This document shows positions 8,127 to 16,370 of a stretch of 32,000 nt of DNA, one piece after another. This DNA comes from Propionibacteriaceae bacterium. GTDB lineage: Bacteria > Actinomycetota > Actinomycetes > Propionibacteriales > Propionibacteriaceae. Under the pieces are notes generated by a model, which was not told the DNA's origin, ran no database searches, and was given only the letters and a program-made list of their open reading frames with translations. The stretch's first letter is position 1. Each line of letters begins with the position of its first letter. The position numbers were made by a program, and so were the translations under genes. The stretch lies in assembly GCA_031256725.1 (NCBI GenBank), contig JAIRQE010000006.1:1-32000 (forward strand), in the 5' to 3' direction.

Positions 8127-9500
8127 CTACCGCGGTCTGAATGCGATTGATCGAAAACTCAGATAGATCAGTCGAATCGAGAAGTACACCAATCCGAGGT
8201 TTCGTAGTGATAAGACGACCAAGGCCACAGGTGTCATCCAGGATTTGTAGACAAAGTGGGGATAGAGAATCGGGTATACCAATTGGGTGAGGGTCGCTAG
8301 GATCAGGGTCCATATAGCGATATGGCGGGCCAAGGAAAGGGGTACAAGAAGATGATCCTCTCGTGTCAGATGTCCCGAGGCTGAGATCAAAGAGAAGAGA
8401 TGGCCCTGGTTGGGAAGAGTCGAAGGATGTCGATCCGAGATGGTCAAAAGAGCAGCGACCGGGCCGCCAAGCCAGATCATGTACTGGGGGGAGAAGGTCT
8501 TGTTGGTGATGATCATGATCAGGGTAGCAACGATCATGAGAGTACCAGCCTCAATAGGTGTACGATCCCTGCGGAAAAGCCATCCCAGGTACAAGACCAG
8601 CATCGTGAGTCCACCAATGATCGTTGCGATGGTGGCGATATGAGTGAGGGTGATCGTCCACGGGCCAAGGATCTCGAAGGCGTTGTACTTCGAGATATAG
8701 ACTGTCCACTCTTGGGGAGTTGAAGAATCAAACCATCGTGCCACCATGACCGGGGTAGCGAAGATGGACTCGATTTGGAGTCCACGGTCACTTTGCCAAT
8801 CCAAGGGCGAGACAAGCCGTTCCCATCCAGCGTAGATCAGGGAGGCAACAGCTAAGAAGGATCCGACTCCAAAGAATCCCAGACTGGCTTGGCGTAGTGC
8901 GCGTTTGTCTTTCATGGTGGCTGGCCACAGGAGGGCTGGCCACAGTTTGATGGCAGCACCCATACCAATCATGGCACCGGAAGCGAAGCGATGGGCTCGT
9001 ACTATAGCAATGAGGCCCGCTGCAGAAAGGGCTGCCGTCAAGAAGTCGAGCCTCATATAAATGATGGGACCAGTCGCCACCACGAACCAGATCCAGTAGG
9101 CAACCGCAGGTCTCGGGTTCGTGCCGTACTGCCGCGCGCTACGCCACAGGACATAACCCATCAGTGCATCTCCAGCAACAAAGAGGGTGATGAAGGCAAT
9201 CATGTAGCCGATATGTGTACCGAATCCAAGAAGGTAGGGAATCGAGAGCAACCACAGCAGGGGAGTGGGGTACTCAATAAGAACCTCGGAAGGTGGGGTA
9301 CCGTTGAAAAGTTCGTGGATCTGTCGGTAGTAGTAGACGACATCGCTTTGGGTATTGAAGTCGAAGATTGCCCAGATCGCGAAAAGAACGATCCGGGTGC
9401 CAAACCACCAGCCCAAGGCATGACCGCGTGTTGGTAAACGCAGCGAAAACCACAGGGCTTTGATCCAACGTGGCAGTTGGTGCGACGCTAAGAGGGGCAT
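8127..9500 (-). CDS. Polytopic membrane glycosyltransferase, GT-C fold (DUF2029/GT87-like)
   Basis: 457 aa, very hydrophobic with many predicted TM helices. An early loop carries SDVVYYY and there is a GAAIKLWPALLWP segment; both resemble DUF2029/GT87 mannosyltransferases from memory. No domain search was run. Confidence 0.55.
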   Translation of the reverse strand: MPLLASHQLPRWIKALWFSLRLPTRGHALGWWFGTRIVLFAIWAIFDFNTQSDVVYYYRQIHELFNGTPPSEVLIEYPTPLLWLLSIPYLLGFGTHIGYMIAFITLFVAGDALMGYVLWRSARQYGTNPRPAVAYWIWFVVATGPIIYMRLDFLTAALSAAGLIAIVRAHRFASGAMIGMGAAIKLWPALLWPATMKDKRALRQASLGFFGVGSFLAVASLIYAGWERLVSPLDWQSDRGLQIESIFATPVMVARWFDSSTPQEWTVYISKYNAFEILGPWTITLTHIATIATIIGGLTMLVLYLGWLFRRDRTPIEAGTLMIVATLIMIITNKTFSPQYMIWLGGPVAALLTISDRHPSTLPNQGHLFSLISASGHLTREDHLLVPLSLARHIAIWTLILATLTQLVYPILYPHFVYKSWMTPVALVVLSLRNLGLVYFSIRLIYLSFRSIAFRPR

Positions 9501-9613
9501 AGTCTCAATCCGTGGTGGGTTACCTCATGCACACGCTACCTTATGTGCTTGTCAAAAGGGAATACCATCTCGCCTATCTTTTCGATGATGATAGTCTGGA
9601 TGGACCCTAGTTT

Positions 9614-11074
9614 ATGGTGAAGATGAGGAATCTACTGGTTATCTCGCAGGCTCTTAGAACTGCTTTGAATCACAGACCGGTCCGATTAGGCCTCCTGGGA
9701 ACACTATGCATTGCGATTGGGTCCTTGACACCGGCCTACCTTCCGCAGGTTTCCCCGATGTGGCCTGTGCTTCGTCAGATTCATTTGGCGGGCCCTGCTG
9801 GAAGGGTCATAGGAACCATGGTCACAATCCTGGGGATAGTACTGCTCGTCCATGGGTGGTTAAGCTTACGGCAGGAAAGATACATCCAAATCAACCCACG
9901 AGCAATAGTGGCGGTGTGGTCTCTTCCTTTTCTCGTCTGTCCACCTGTTTTCAGTCACGATATGTACTCTTATGGAGCCCAAGGATGGATGATCCACCAT
10001 GGGCAGAATCCCTATTACGGAGGGCCGGGGTTAGTTCCAGGTCCTTTTTCGGATTATGTTTCCTGGGTGTGGAGATTCACTCCTGCGCCCTATGGTCCCT
10101 TAGGCTTGCAGATCTCGCGGGTGATCGTGGAGATTTCTGGAGGCCAGCCATGGTTGGCGGCCATGCTGATGAGAGTACCCGCCATTCTTGGGGTGGTTGC
10201 GATCGTGGTCTTGCTTCCCAAAATTGCCCGCCGATTGAACATGAATGAGGCGAGGGTGATCTGGTTCGCCTGTCTGAATCCTCTCGTGATCATCGATTTC
10301 GTGGGTGGGGGACATAATGATGCATGGATGATGGGGTTAGTAGTTTTGGGACTCTGGGTGGCGGTACATCCTCGATGGTGGGCACTCGGGGCAGTGGTGA
10401 TTGGGTTGGCTGCAGCATGCAAACAGCCGGCGATCATGGCTGCGGTATTCCTGCCCCTTATGACCAAGAAACTGGAGTCATGGAGGGATATTCGTCGTGC
10501 TGGGATTGCTGTGGGAACTTCGGTGGTGTCGGTTGGGATTTCTGTGGGTGTATTCCTGGTGATCACCTGGGCATCTGGACTTGGATTGGGATGGATCTCC
10601 GCTATGAGCGTACCTGGAACCGTCTCTTCGATCAGCCCATCTTTCCTAGTCGGGCGCATAGCACAGTGGCTGGTTGATCCCTTAGGTACGTCAATAGTTG
10701 CCTGGACATCGAAGATCGCCATGGGTGTTGGAGCAGTTCTGATCATCTATTTCACCCTTCGTTATGGTCCACGTCAACCGATAAGGGCTCTGTCCTGGTC
10801 ATGGCTCGCTTTGGCATTATCGGTGTCTGCCCTTCACTCTTGGTACTTTCTCTGGGGAGGATTGCTGTACCCGATGTCGTCGACTGCGAAGAGCGCCGAA
10901 CGGGCAGGAGTACTCCTGGTCATCCTGATGCTCTTTTATGCTGGCCTCAATCACGGAGAACGCAATGGTCTCCACGCTGGTATTGCTGCCATAGTGTGCC
11001 TTGGAGTATGGGTACTCTTCGCCCTGTTCTATCGTCAGTTCAAGAAAAGAACTGGGTTCATGTCACCTATCTGA
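9614..11074 (+). CDS. Polytopic membrane glycosyltransferase, MptB-like (polyprenol-phosphate-mannose-dependent alpha-1,6-mannosyltransferase family)
   Basis: 486 aa with more than 10 hydrophobic segments. The first extracytoplasmic loop motif SHDMYSYGAQGW resembles the (S/D)xDxYxY(x)AQG motif of the MptA/MptB family. The start could instead be the ATG at 9623. Confidence 0.55.
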   Translation: MVKMRNLLVISQALRTALNHRPVRLGLLGTLCIAIGSLTPAYLPQVSPMWPVLRQIHLAGPAGRVIGTMVTILGIVLLVHGWLSLRQERYIQINPRAIVAVWSLPFLVCPPVFSHDMYSYGAQGWMIHHGQNPYYGGPGLVPGPFSDYVSWVWRFTPAPYGPLGLQISRVIVEISGGQPWLAAMLMRVPAILGVVAIVVLLPKIARRLNMNEARVIWFACLNPLVIIDFVGGGHNDAWMMGLVVLGLWVAVHPRWWALGAVVIGLAAACKQPAIMAAVFLPLMTKKLESWRDIRRAGIAVGTSVVSVGISVGVFLVITWASGLGLGWISAMSVPGTVSSISPSFLVGRIAQWLVDPLGTSIVAWTSKIAMGVGAVLIIYFTLRYGPRQPIRALSWSWLALALSVSALHSWYFLWGGLLYPMSSTAKSAERAGVLLVILMLFYAGLNHGERNGLHAGIAAIVCLGVWVLFALFYRQFKKRTGFMSPI

Positions 11075-11226
11075 TATGGCGATGAACTATCCCCCACACT
11101 TCGAGTGATTTATCAGATCATGTAGTACTTCCCACCAACATCAAGGAGTATCCATACCCCCAGTTGTGATCTATCATCAATGAGGAAGGCAAAATCTGGG
11201 ATCCGCGAGGAAAGCGAGGAGGAATC

Positions 11227-12147
11227 ATGGGTGACGTAGAGGTGAGTGTCGTTGATGGTACGGGGCGGATTCTTTTGAATCGACCGAAGGCAATTAACGC
11301 GCTGACGTCCGACATGATTGCGACCATGTCGCGTGTTCTGGAGGAATGGGCTGAGGATCCCACGATAGATGAGGTTGTCATATCTGGAGCAGGGCGGGGC
11401 TTCTGTGCAGGTGCAGATGTACGTGAGATGCGCCAGATGATTATCGAGGAAACGGGCGATCCTGTTGAAATGCTGGCCCGAGAGTATTGCCTTGATGCCA
11501 TGATCGCTTCCTATCCGAAGCCCTATCGTGCACAGATCCATGGCATTGTCATGGGTGGTGGCATGGGTGTTTCCATCCACGGATCCCATCGAAGTATCAC
11601 TGCGGACACAGTCCTGGCAATGCCGGAGACCATCATCGGACTCTGGCCCGATGTAGGGATGTGCTATCATCTTGCCAGGATCCCAGGAGAATTGGGTATG
11701 TACATGGCGCTTACCGGGCTCACAATCACAGGAGACCTAGCGACCGGTGTGGGACTAACCGATGAATTAACTGAGGGTACACATCAATCCACAGCCCCTC
11801 CAGCATGGATGGAAAGCGCCTTCGCTGGCGATGACATCTTCGCCATCCTTGAAAGACTAGAAACCAGCGAGCTGCCTCACGCTCGTACCACAGCAGAAAC
11901 AATCCGGTCCAGGTCACCGCTGTCTGTAGCCGTATCCCTCGAAGCTATCCGGCGCGCAGCCACCATGACCCAAGAGGAGGTCTTTGCTCAAGATCTTCAG
12001 TTAGGGAGATTCTTCTGCTCATGGCCCGACTTCGTAGAAGGGGTACGGGCACAACTCGTCGATAAGGATTTCACTCCCACGTGGGTACACTCGTCTCTTG
12101 AAGAGGTCACCGCAGTAGAGGTACGTACCGCCTTTGGTGATTCCTGA
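11227..12147 (+). CDS. Enoyl-CoA hydratase/isomerase superfamily protein, 3-hydroxyisobutyryl-CoA hydrolase-like
   Basis: 306 aa. Crotonase fold motifs LNRPKAINAL and FCAGADV, and an HIBCH-like GIVMGGGMGVS...AMPETIIGLWPDVG. GAGGAGG Shine-Dalgarno upstream. Confidence 0.8.
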   Translation: MGDVEVSVVDGTGRILLNRPKAINALTSDMIATMSRVLEEWAEDPTIDEVVISGAGRGFCAGADVREMRQMIIEETGDPVEMLAREYCLDAMIASYPKPYRAQIHGIVMGGGMGVSIHGSHRSITADTVLAMPETIIGLWPDVGMCYHLARIPGELGMYMALTGLTITGDLATGVGLTDELTEGTHQSTAPPAWMESAFAGDDIFAILERLETSELPHARTTAETIRSRSPLSVAVSLEAIRRAATMTQEEVFAQDLQLGRFFCSWPDFVEGVRAQLVDKDFTPTWVHSSLEEVTAVEVRTAFGDS

Positions 12148-12168
12148 CCATCGAAGTGGATCGTGGTC

Positions 12169-13374
12169 TCACTCGGTCGTGGTGACTAGGGTGATGATAG
12201 GGATCTCGGGATCAGCGCCAACACGTACAGGTGAGGCCCAGTTGCCAACACCGCGTGAAGTCACCAGGGTGACCCCATTGAAGCGATGCACCCCATCCAG
12301 TGTTGGTTGCTTGAATAATGTGGCGATTCCCCAAGGGAATAATTGTCCTCCATGGGTGTGGCCCGAAAGCTGGAGACTAACACCTGAGGCGCGCATCCCA
12401 GGATCGAAAACCTGTACTGGTTCATGGGCGACAAGGATGCCGAAACTCTCTCCACCAAGGCGTTGGATCTGACTTACTCGTTGAGTGGCCTGATCAAGGT
12501 CAGGGGCCATCTCGCCTTCCCCTTGTTTGTCATGGATGCCAAGAACCTGTATGCGATATTGTCCGCGCTGAAGAAGAATTCCATCATTATCAAGGACAGT
12601 TAGCCCAAGGGATGAAAAGTACTCCATCCATTGAGGCGCGCAAGGATAGAAGTCGTGGTTGCCAGTTGTGAGGACGACACCATAGGGGGCAATGAGGTCA
12701 CCAAGTATCGACATCTGTTCACCCAGATCCTCAACGGACCCGTTAACTGTGTCACCAGCGATAACGATGAGGTCAGGGGTGGCGGCATTGACCTGGGCAA
12801 CAACACTAGGAAGAAATGAGGTTCTTGTCGCAGCACCTATGTGAAGATCCGTGATTAACGCGATAGTAAAACCGTCGAAACTGGAGGGAAGCGAGTCGAA
12901 TTGAAGTGTCACAGGGGAGAGCTTGGGTTGCTGGGCTCGGACAAACCCATAGCCAGTTACTGCAAGACTCATGACGATCATGAAGACGGTGAGAATGCGG
13001 ATAGTCAGGAGTCGGCCTTTGCCCGTACTCTGTCCTGATTCGATCATCGCATGGGTGGCCTGTACCGCTAGGGGACGGGTGAAAAACCAAATGACGCCAG
13101 CAATGGCAACCACCGGAATCAGGCCGAGACATAGGTAGAAGACAACAGAGATACCAAGAGAGGCAGCCATAATGGGTACCCTGAAATCAGAGGTACCCAT
13201 TATGCGACTCAAGATCGCAGCAAGGACAGACCCCACAAGAATCAGACTCATGGCGATGGTTGCAGTGATGGCCCAACCCTTGGTGAGGTGAGTGAGCCTA
13301 ATAAGTGAGAAGAAGAGGTACAGCCAGACAATGGCTACACCTACGACAACAATGATAATTGTCATGGCGTTCAT
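12169..13374 (-). CDS. Membrane-anchored metallophosphoesterase (calcineurin-like)
   Basis: N-terminal block of about 5 TM helices followed by phosphoesterase motifs (ITDLHIG, AGDTVNG, GNHD, SGHTHGGQ). I moved the start to the ATG at 13374 (alternative 13365), because the ORF-track start 13461 would overlap xthA by 74 nt. Confidence 0.85.
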   Translation of the reverse strand: MNAMTIIIVVVGVAIVWLYLFFSLIRLTHLTKGWAITATIAMSLILVGSVLAAILSRIMGTSDFRVPIMAASLGISVVFYLCLGLIPVVAIAGVIWFFTRPLAVQATHAMIESGQSTGKGRLLTIRILTVFMIVMSLAVTGYGFVRAQQPKLSPVTLQFDSLPSSFDGFTIALITDLHIGAATRTSFLPSVVAQVNAATPDLIVIAGDTVNGSVEDLGEQMSILGDLIAPYGVVLTTGNHDFYPCAPQWMEYFSSLGLTVLDNDGILLQRGQYRIQVLGIHDKQGEGEMAPDLDQATQRVSQIQRLGGESFGILVAHEPVQVFDPGMRASGVSLQLSGHTHGGQLFPWGIATLFKQPTLDGVHRFNGVTLVTSRGVGNWASPVRVGADPEIPIITLVTTTE

Positions 13375-13387
13375 CGCAGTCCTAGAT

Positions 13388-14203
13388 TCAGGCGTACTCA
13401 ACGACGACGGCAGCATGATCCGAAACCCGGGATTCGTAGGTTTCAGGTTTGTCGGTATCACCGAACGTGGCTCGTGCGGCGAGATCAGGAGTTGTCAGAT
13501 GGTAATCAATACGCCATCCGTACCCCCTCTGCCAGGATCCGCCTCTCCAACTCCACCAAGAGTACGGTCCCTGATCATCTGGATGGAGGGATCGAACCAC
13601 ATCGATTAGGCCAAAACTAAGGGCAGTTGTGAGCCACTCGCGTTCCTCAGGAAGGTAGCCGTCGAGGGGCTTCTTGGACTTATTGTTATAGAGATCCTGT
13701 GGGGTGCGAGCGATATTGTAGTCACCAAGGAGGGTGTACGCCCGACCCGTGGATTGTGCCTTGGCGATGGCGGCCTTCATGTGATTTTCCAGAATGGCAC
13801 AAAACCGCATCTTGCGTTCAAACTTGGCTTTAGCCGCCTCAGATTCTTGGGGTACAGCACCCTTAGGAAGGTAGAGGGAACCCACAGTTACAGATGTCCC
13901 ATCGATCTCATAATCGGCTTCAATGTAGCGTCCCTCATGGGTGAACTCTTTATCGCCATCCATCCCGATTCTTACCTGGCTGGGTTTGACCTTGGAGACG
14001 AGAGCAACACCATTGCGGCCTGCAAGTTGTCCAGGGTCATAGGCGAGGTGGTACCCGTCGAAGACTCCCTCAGGAATGAGATCATTAGGGCAGCGTACCT
14101 CTTGAAGGGCGAGAACATCGGGCAGGGTTGAGTCGAGCCAAGGCCGAAACCCACGACGTTCGGCTGCTCGAATACCGTTGACATTGAAGGTGACGAGTTT
14201 CAT
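13388..14203 (-). CDS. xthA: Exodeoxyribonuclease III (AP endonuclease, EEP family)
   Basis: 271 aa. MKLVTFNVNGIRA N-terminus, LQE, and a C-terminal SDHAAVVVEY motif typical of the Xth/ExoIII family. Confidence 0.92.
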   Translation of the reverse strand: MKLVTFNVNGIRAAERRGFRPWLDSTLPDVLALQEVRCPNDLIPEGVFDGYHLAYDPGQLAGRNGVALVSKVKPSQVRIGMDGDKEFTHEGRYIEADYEIDGTSVTVGSLYLPKGAVPQESEAAKAKFERKMRFCAILENHMKAAIAKAQSTGRAYTLLGDYNIARTPQDLYNNKSKKPLDGYLPEEREWLTTALSFGLIDVVRSLHPDDQGPYSWWSWRGGSWQRGYGWRIDYHLTTPDLAARATFGDTDKPETYESRVSDHAAVVVEYA

Positions 14204-14209
14204 GGGCGA

Positions 14210-14701
14210 CTACCGGTAATTCGTGAATTGTGCAGCGAAATCGAAGTCGGCTTCCTTGACGAGGGCCTGTACTGCCTGGAGGTCATCAAGGGACTTTGAG
14301 GTGACTCGTACCTCATCGCCCTGGATCTGGGTCTTGACCGATTTGGGACCCTCGTCGCGAATGAGCTTGGTGACCTTTTTCGCGTTCTCCTGGGAGATCC
14401 CATGCTTGAGTAGGCATGTGATGTGGGCCCTCTTTCCAGAGATTCTTGGCTCACCTGGTTCGACCGACTTTAGAGAGACACCCCGCTTGATGAGTTTGGA
14501 CTCGAGAACATCAAGGGCTGCTTTGGCGCGTTCCTCTGTACTTGATTCGATCTCGATATTCTCCCCGGACCATGCCACAGTCGTATCAGTGTCCTTGAAA
14601 TCGAATCGCTGACGTACCTCCTTGGAAGCCTGATTGATGGCATTATCCACCTCTTGGCGATCCACCTTAGAGACAAGGTCGAATGAATGATCTGCTGCCA
14701 T
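14210..14701 (-). CDS. yajQ: YajQ-family nucleotide-binding protein (UPF0234)
   Basis: 163 aa from the ATG at 14701 ([24 protein letters not shown]...), the canonical YajQ length and N-terminus. GAAAGGGA lies 7 nt upstream. The ORF-track extension to 14806 is rejected. Confidence 0.88.
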   Translation of the reverse strand: MAADHSFDLVSKVDRQEVDNAINQASKEVRQRFDFKDTDTTVAWSGENIEIESSTEERAKAALDVLESKLIKRGVSLKSVEPGEPRISGKRAHITCLLKHGISQENAKKVTKLIRDEGPKSVKTQIQGDEVRVTSKSLDDLQAVQALVKEADFDFAAQFTNYR

Positions 14702-14998
14702 GTTCGGTCCCTTTCTTTGATATGCGACGGTACATATTCTGTCATGGATGGCAGTCAGGGTGCGATCCGAATCTTCTTCGGGCCATAGGTAAACTCGATC
14801 AGGCATTGAAGGTACATCTGGGTTTACGATGATCTATCCGTGGGTGGAGGCTTGCAATCGTAGTCACCGCAGTACCCAATTCTCTGGTACACTTGACCCT
14901 CGGTGAGTAAACTCACCGTGCGTAAGTGGAGGTTTCTCCCACCTGATCGGGGTTCCTGACAGGTTTTGAGGGCGCGACTAGGTCGTGCTTGTCGAAAG

Positions 14999-15030
14999 GG
15001 CTTCTGCTTGCGCGGAAGCCTTTTGTTATT
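14999..15030 (+). terminator. Canonical intrinsic-terminator hairpin inside the infC leader (candidate attenuator)
   Basis: 9-bp stem GGCUUCUGC / GCGGAAGCC (one U.G pair) with tetraloop UUGC (14999-15020), followed by UUUUGUUAUU (15021-15030) and preceded by GAAA. The infC SD GAAGGAGG begins at 15031. No + strand gene lies upstream that it could terminate. Confidence 0.6.
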
Positions 15031-15042
15031 GAAGGAGGACTT

Positions 15043-15726
15043 ATCAGCACCGAACCGCGCATCAACGACCGGATCACTGCAGCCGAAGTTCGGCTTGTCG
15101 GTCCTGATGGTGAGCAGATTGGCATCGTGAGAGTTGCCGAGGCTCTGAGGTTGGCACAGGATGTCGGCCTGGATCTTGTGGAAATCGCGCCCGCCGCTCG
15201 TCCACCCGTGGCCAAGGTCATGGACTATGGCAAGTGGAGGTATGAAACCGCACAGAAGGCGCGCGAGTCGCGTCGAAACCAGACGAACACAATCATCAAA
15301 GAGATGAAACTGCGCCCCAAGATTGACGCACATGATTATGAAACGAAAAAGGGTCATATCGTGCGTTTCCTCAGGGGGGGAGACAAGGTAAAGATCACCA
15401 TCATGTTCAGGGGCCGGGAGCAATCACGACCTGAGCTTGGTTTCAACCTCTTGAACAAACTTGCAGAGGATGTCGCTGAAGACGGCATCGTCGAGTTTGC
15501 GCCCAAGCAGGATGGCCGAAACATGATCATGGTGTTGGCACCGACGCGAAAGAAGTCGGAGGCCAAGATTGAAGCGAAAGCTGAGAAGGAGAGGAAGGCA
15601 GCCGAAAGGTCTGCCGACCACGAAGCAGAACAGAAGCAACATGCTGAGTCTCGTGCTCACGCTGCTGAGCGTATAAAGCGCAAGCGCGGGCCAGCAGACA
15701 ATATGGACCCCGATATTGATCTGTGA
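15043..15726 (+). CDS. infC: Translation initiation factor IF-3, probable AUC start
   Basis: Conserved IF-3 N-terminus (I)[26 protein letters not shown] begins at the ATC codon at 15043, just after a strong GAAGGAGG (15031-15038). The ORF-track start (TTG at 14989) has no SD and lies inside the leader hairpins. The C-terminus has a lysine/glutamate/alanine-rich tail. Confidence 0.85.
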   Translation: MSTEPRINDRITAAEVRLVGPDGEQIGIVRVAEALRLAQDVGLDLVEIAPAARPPVAKVMDYGKWRYETAQKARESRRNQTNTIIKEMKLRPKIDAHDYETKKGHIVRFLRGGDKVKITIMFRGREQSRPELGFNLLNKLAEDVAEDGIVEFAPKQDGRNMIMVLAPTRKKSEAKIEAKAEKERKAAERSADHEAEQKQHAESRAHAAERIKRKRGPADNMDPDIDL

Positions 15727-15783
15727 GCAAGGGGGAGGCCCAATGCCGCAGATGATTGAACGACGGATAAGGATGGAGTGAAT

Positions 15784-15978
15784 ATGCCGAAGATGAAAAC
15801 GCACTCAGGTGCAAAAAAAAGATTTAAGGTAACCGGTACAGGAAAGCTGGTACACCGCCAGGCTGGCAAGTCCCACTTGAACGAGCATAAGTCTCGTCAG
15901 CGTAAGCGTCGCCTCAGTGTGGACAAAGTAGTACAGCCTTCGGATGCGCCAAAAATCCGTCGACTTTTGGGACTGTGA
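15784..15978 (+). CDS. rpmI: 50S ribosomal protein L35
   Basis: [21 protein letters not shown]... is the canonical L35 N-terminus. ATG at 15784 is preceded by AAGGATGGAG. 64 aa. Confidence 0.96.
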   Translation: MPKMKTHSGAKKRFKVTGTGKLVHRQAGKSHLNEHKSRQRKRRLSVDKVVQPSDAPKIRRLLGL

Positions 15979-15989
15979 GGAGTTAGATC

Positions 15990-16370
15990 ATGGCACGTAT
16001 CAAGCGTTCAGTTAATGCTCAGAAGAAGCGTCGCGTAGTACTTGAGGAGGCCTCGGGTTACCGCGGTCAACGCTCTCGTCTCTATCGCAAGGCCAAGGAG
16101 CAGTTGCTCCATTCGTACACCTACTCCTACCGTGATCGTAAGGATCGCAAGGGCGATTTCCGTGCTCTGTGGATCCAGAGGATCAACGCAGCCGCACGCG
16201 CTGAAGGGTTGACCTATAATCGCTTTATCAATGGTTTGAAGCTGGCTGGTGTTGAGGTGGATCGCAAGATCCTCGCCGATCTCGCAGTTCGCGATGCAGG
16301 AGCTTTCTCAGCTCTGGTCAAGGTTGCACAGGAAGCCCTGGAGAAGGCCACCCCTGAGCATGTCGAATGA
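15990..16370 (+). CDS. rplT: 50S ribosomal protein L20
   Basis: 126 aa. [15 protein letters not shown]...[16 protein letters not shown] is the canonical L20 sequence. Confidence 0.97.
   Translation: MARIKRSVNAQKKRRVVLEEASGYRGQRSRLYRKAKEQLLHSYTYSYRDRKDRKGDFRALWIQRINAAARAEGLTYNRFINGLKLAGVEVDRKILADLAVRDAGAFSALVKVAQEALEKATPEHVE

Noticed and set aside
10090-10746. 218-aa minus-strand ORF.
   Set aside because: Antisense to the MptB-like membrane protein, whose hydrophobicity pattern supports the + strand reading.
11113-11670. 185-aa minus-strand ORF spanning the intergenic region and the 5' part of the crotonase gene.
   Set aside because: It overlaps a gene with clear crotonase motifs and a strong SD. 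No motif support.
15374-15380. G7 homopolymer inside infC, and an A8 run inside rpmI (15813-15820), considered as slippage or phase-variation tracts.
   Set aside because: Both are in frame and encode conserved residues (RGGD in IF-3, AKKRFK in L35). Phase variation of essential translation genes is implausible.
14824-15423. 199-aa minus-strand ORF across the infC leader and 5' coding region.
   Set aside because: Antisense to infC, and its 3' part (14824-15042) covers the leader hairpins and terminator. There is no SD, so it is considered spurious.
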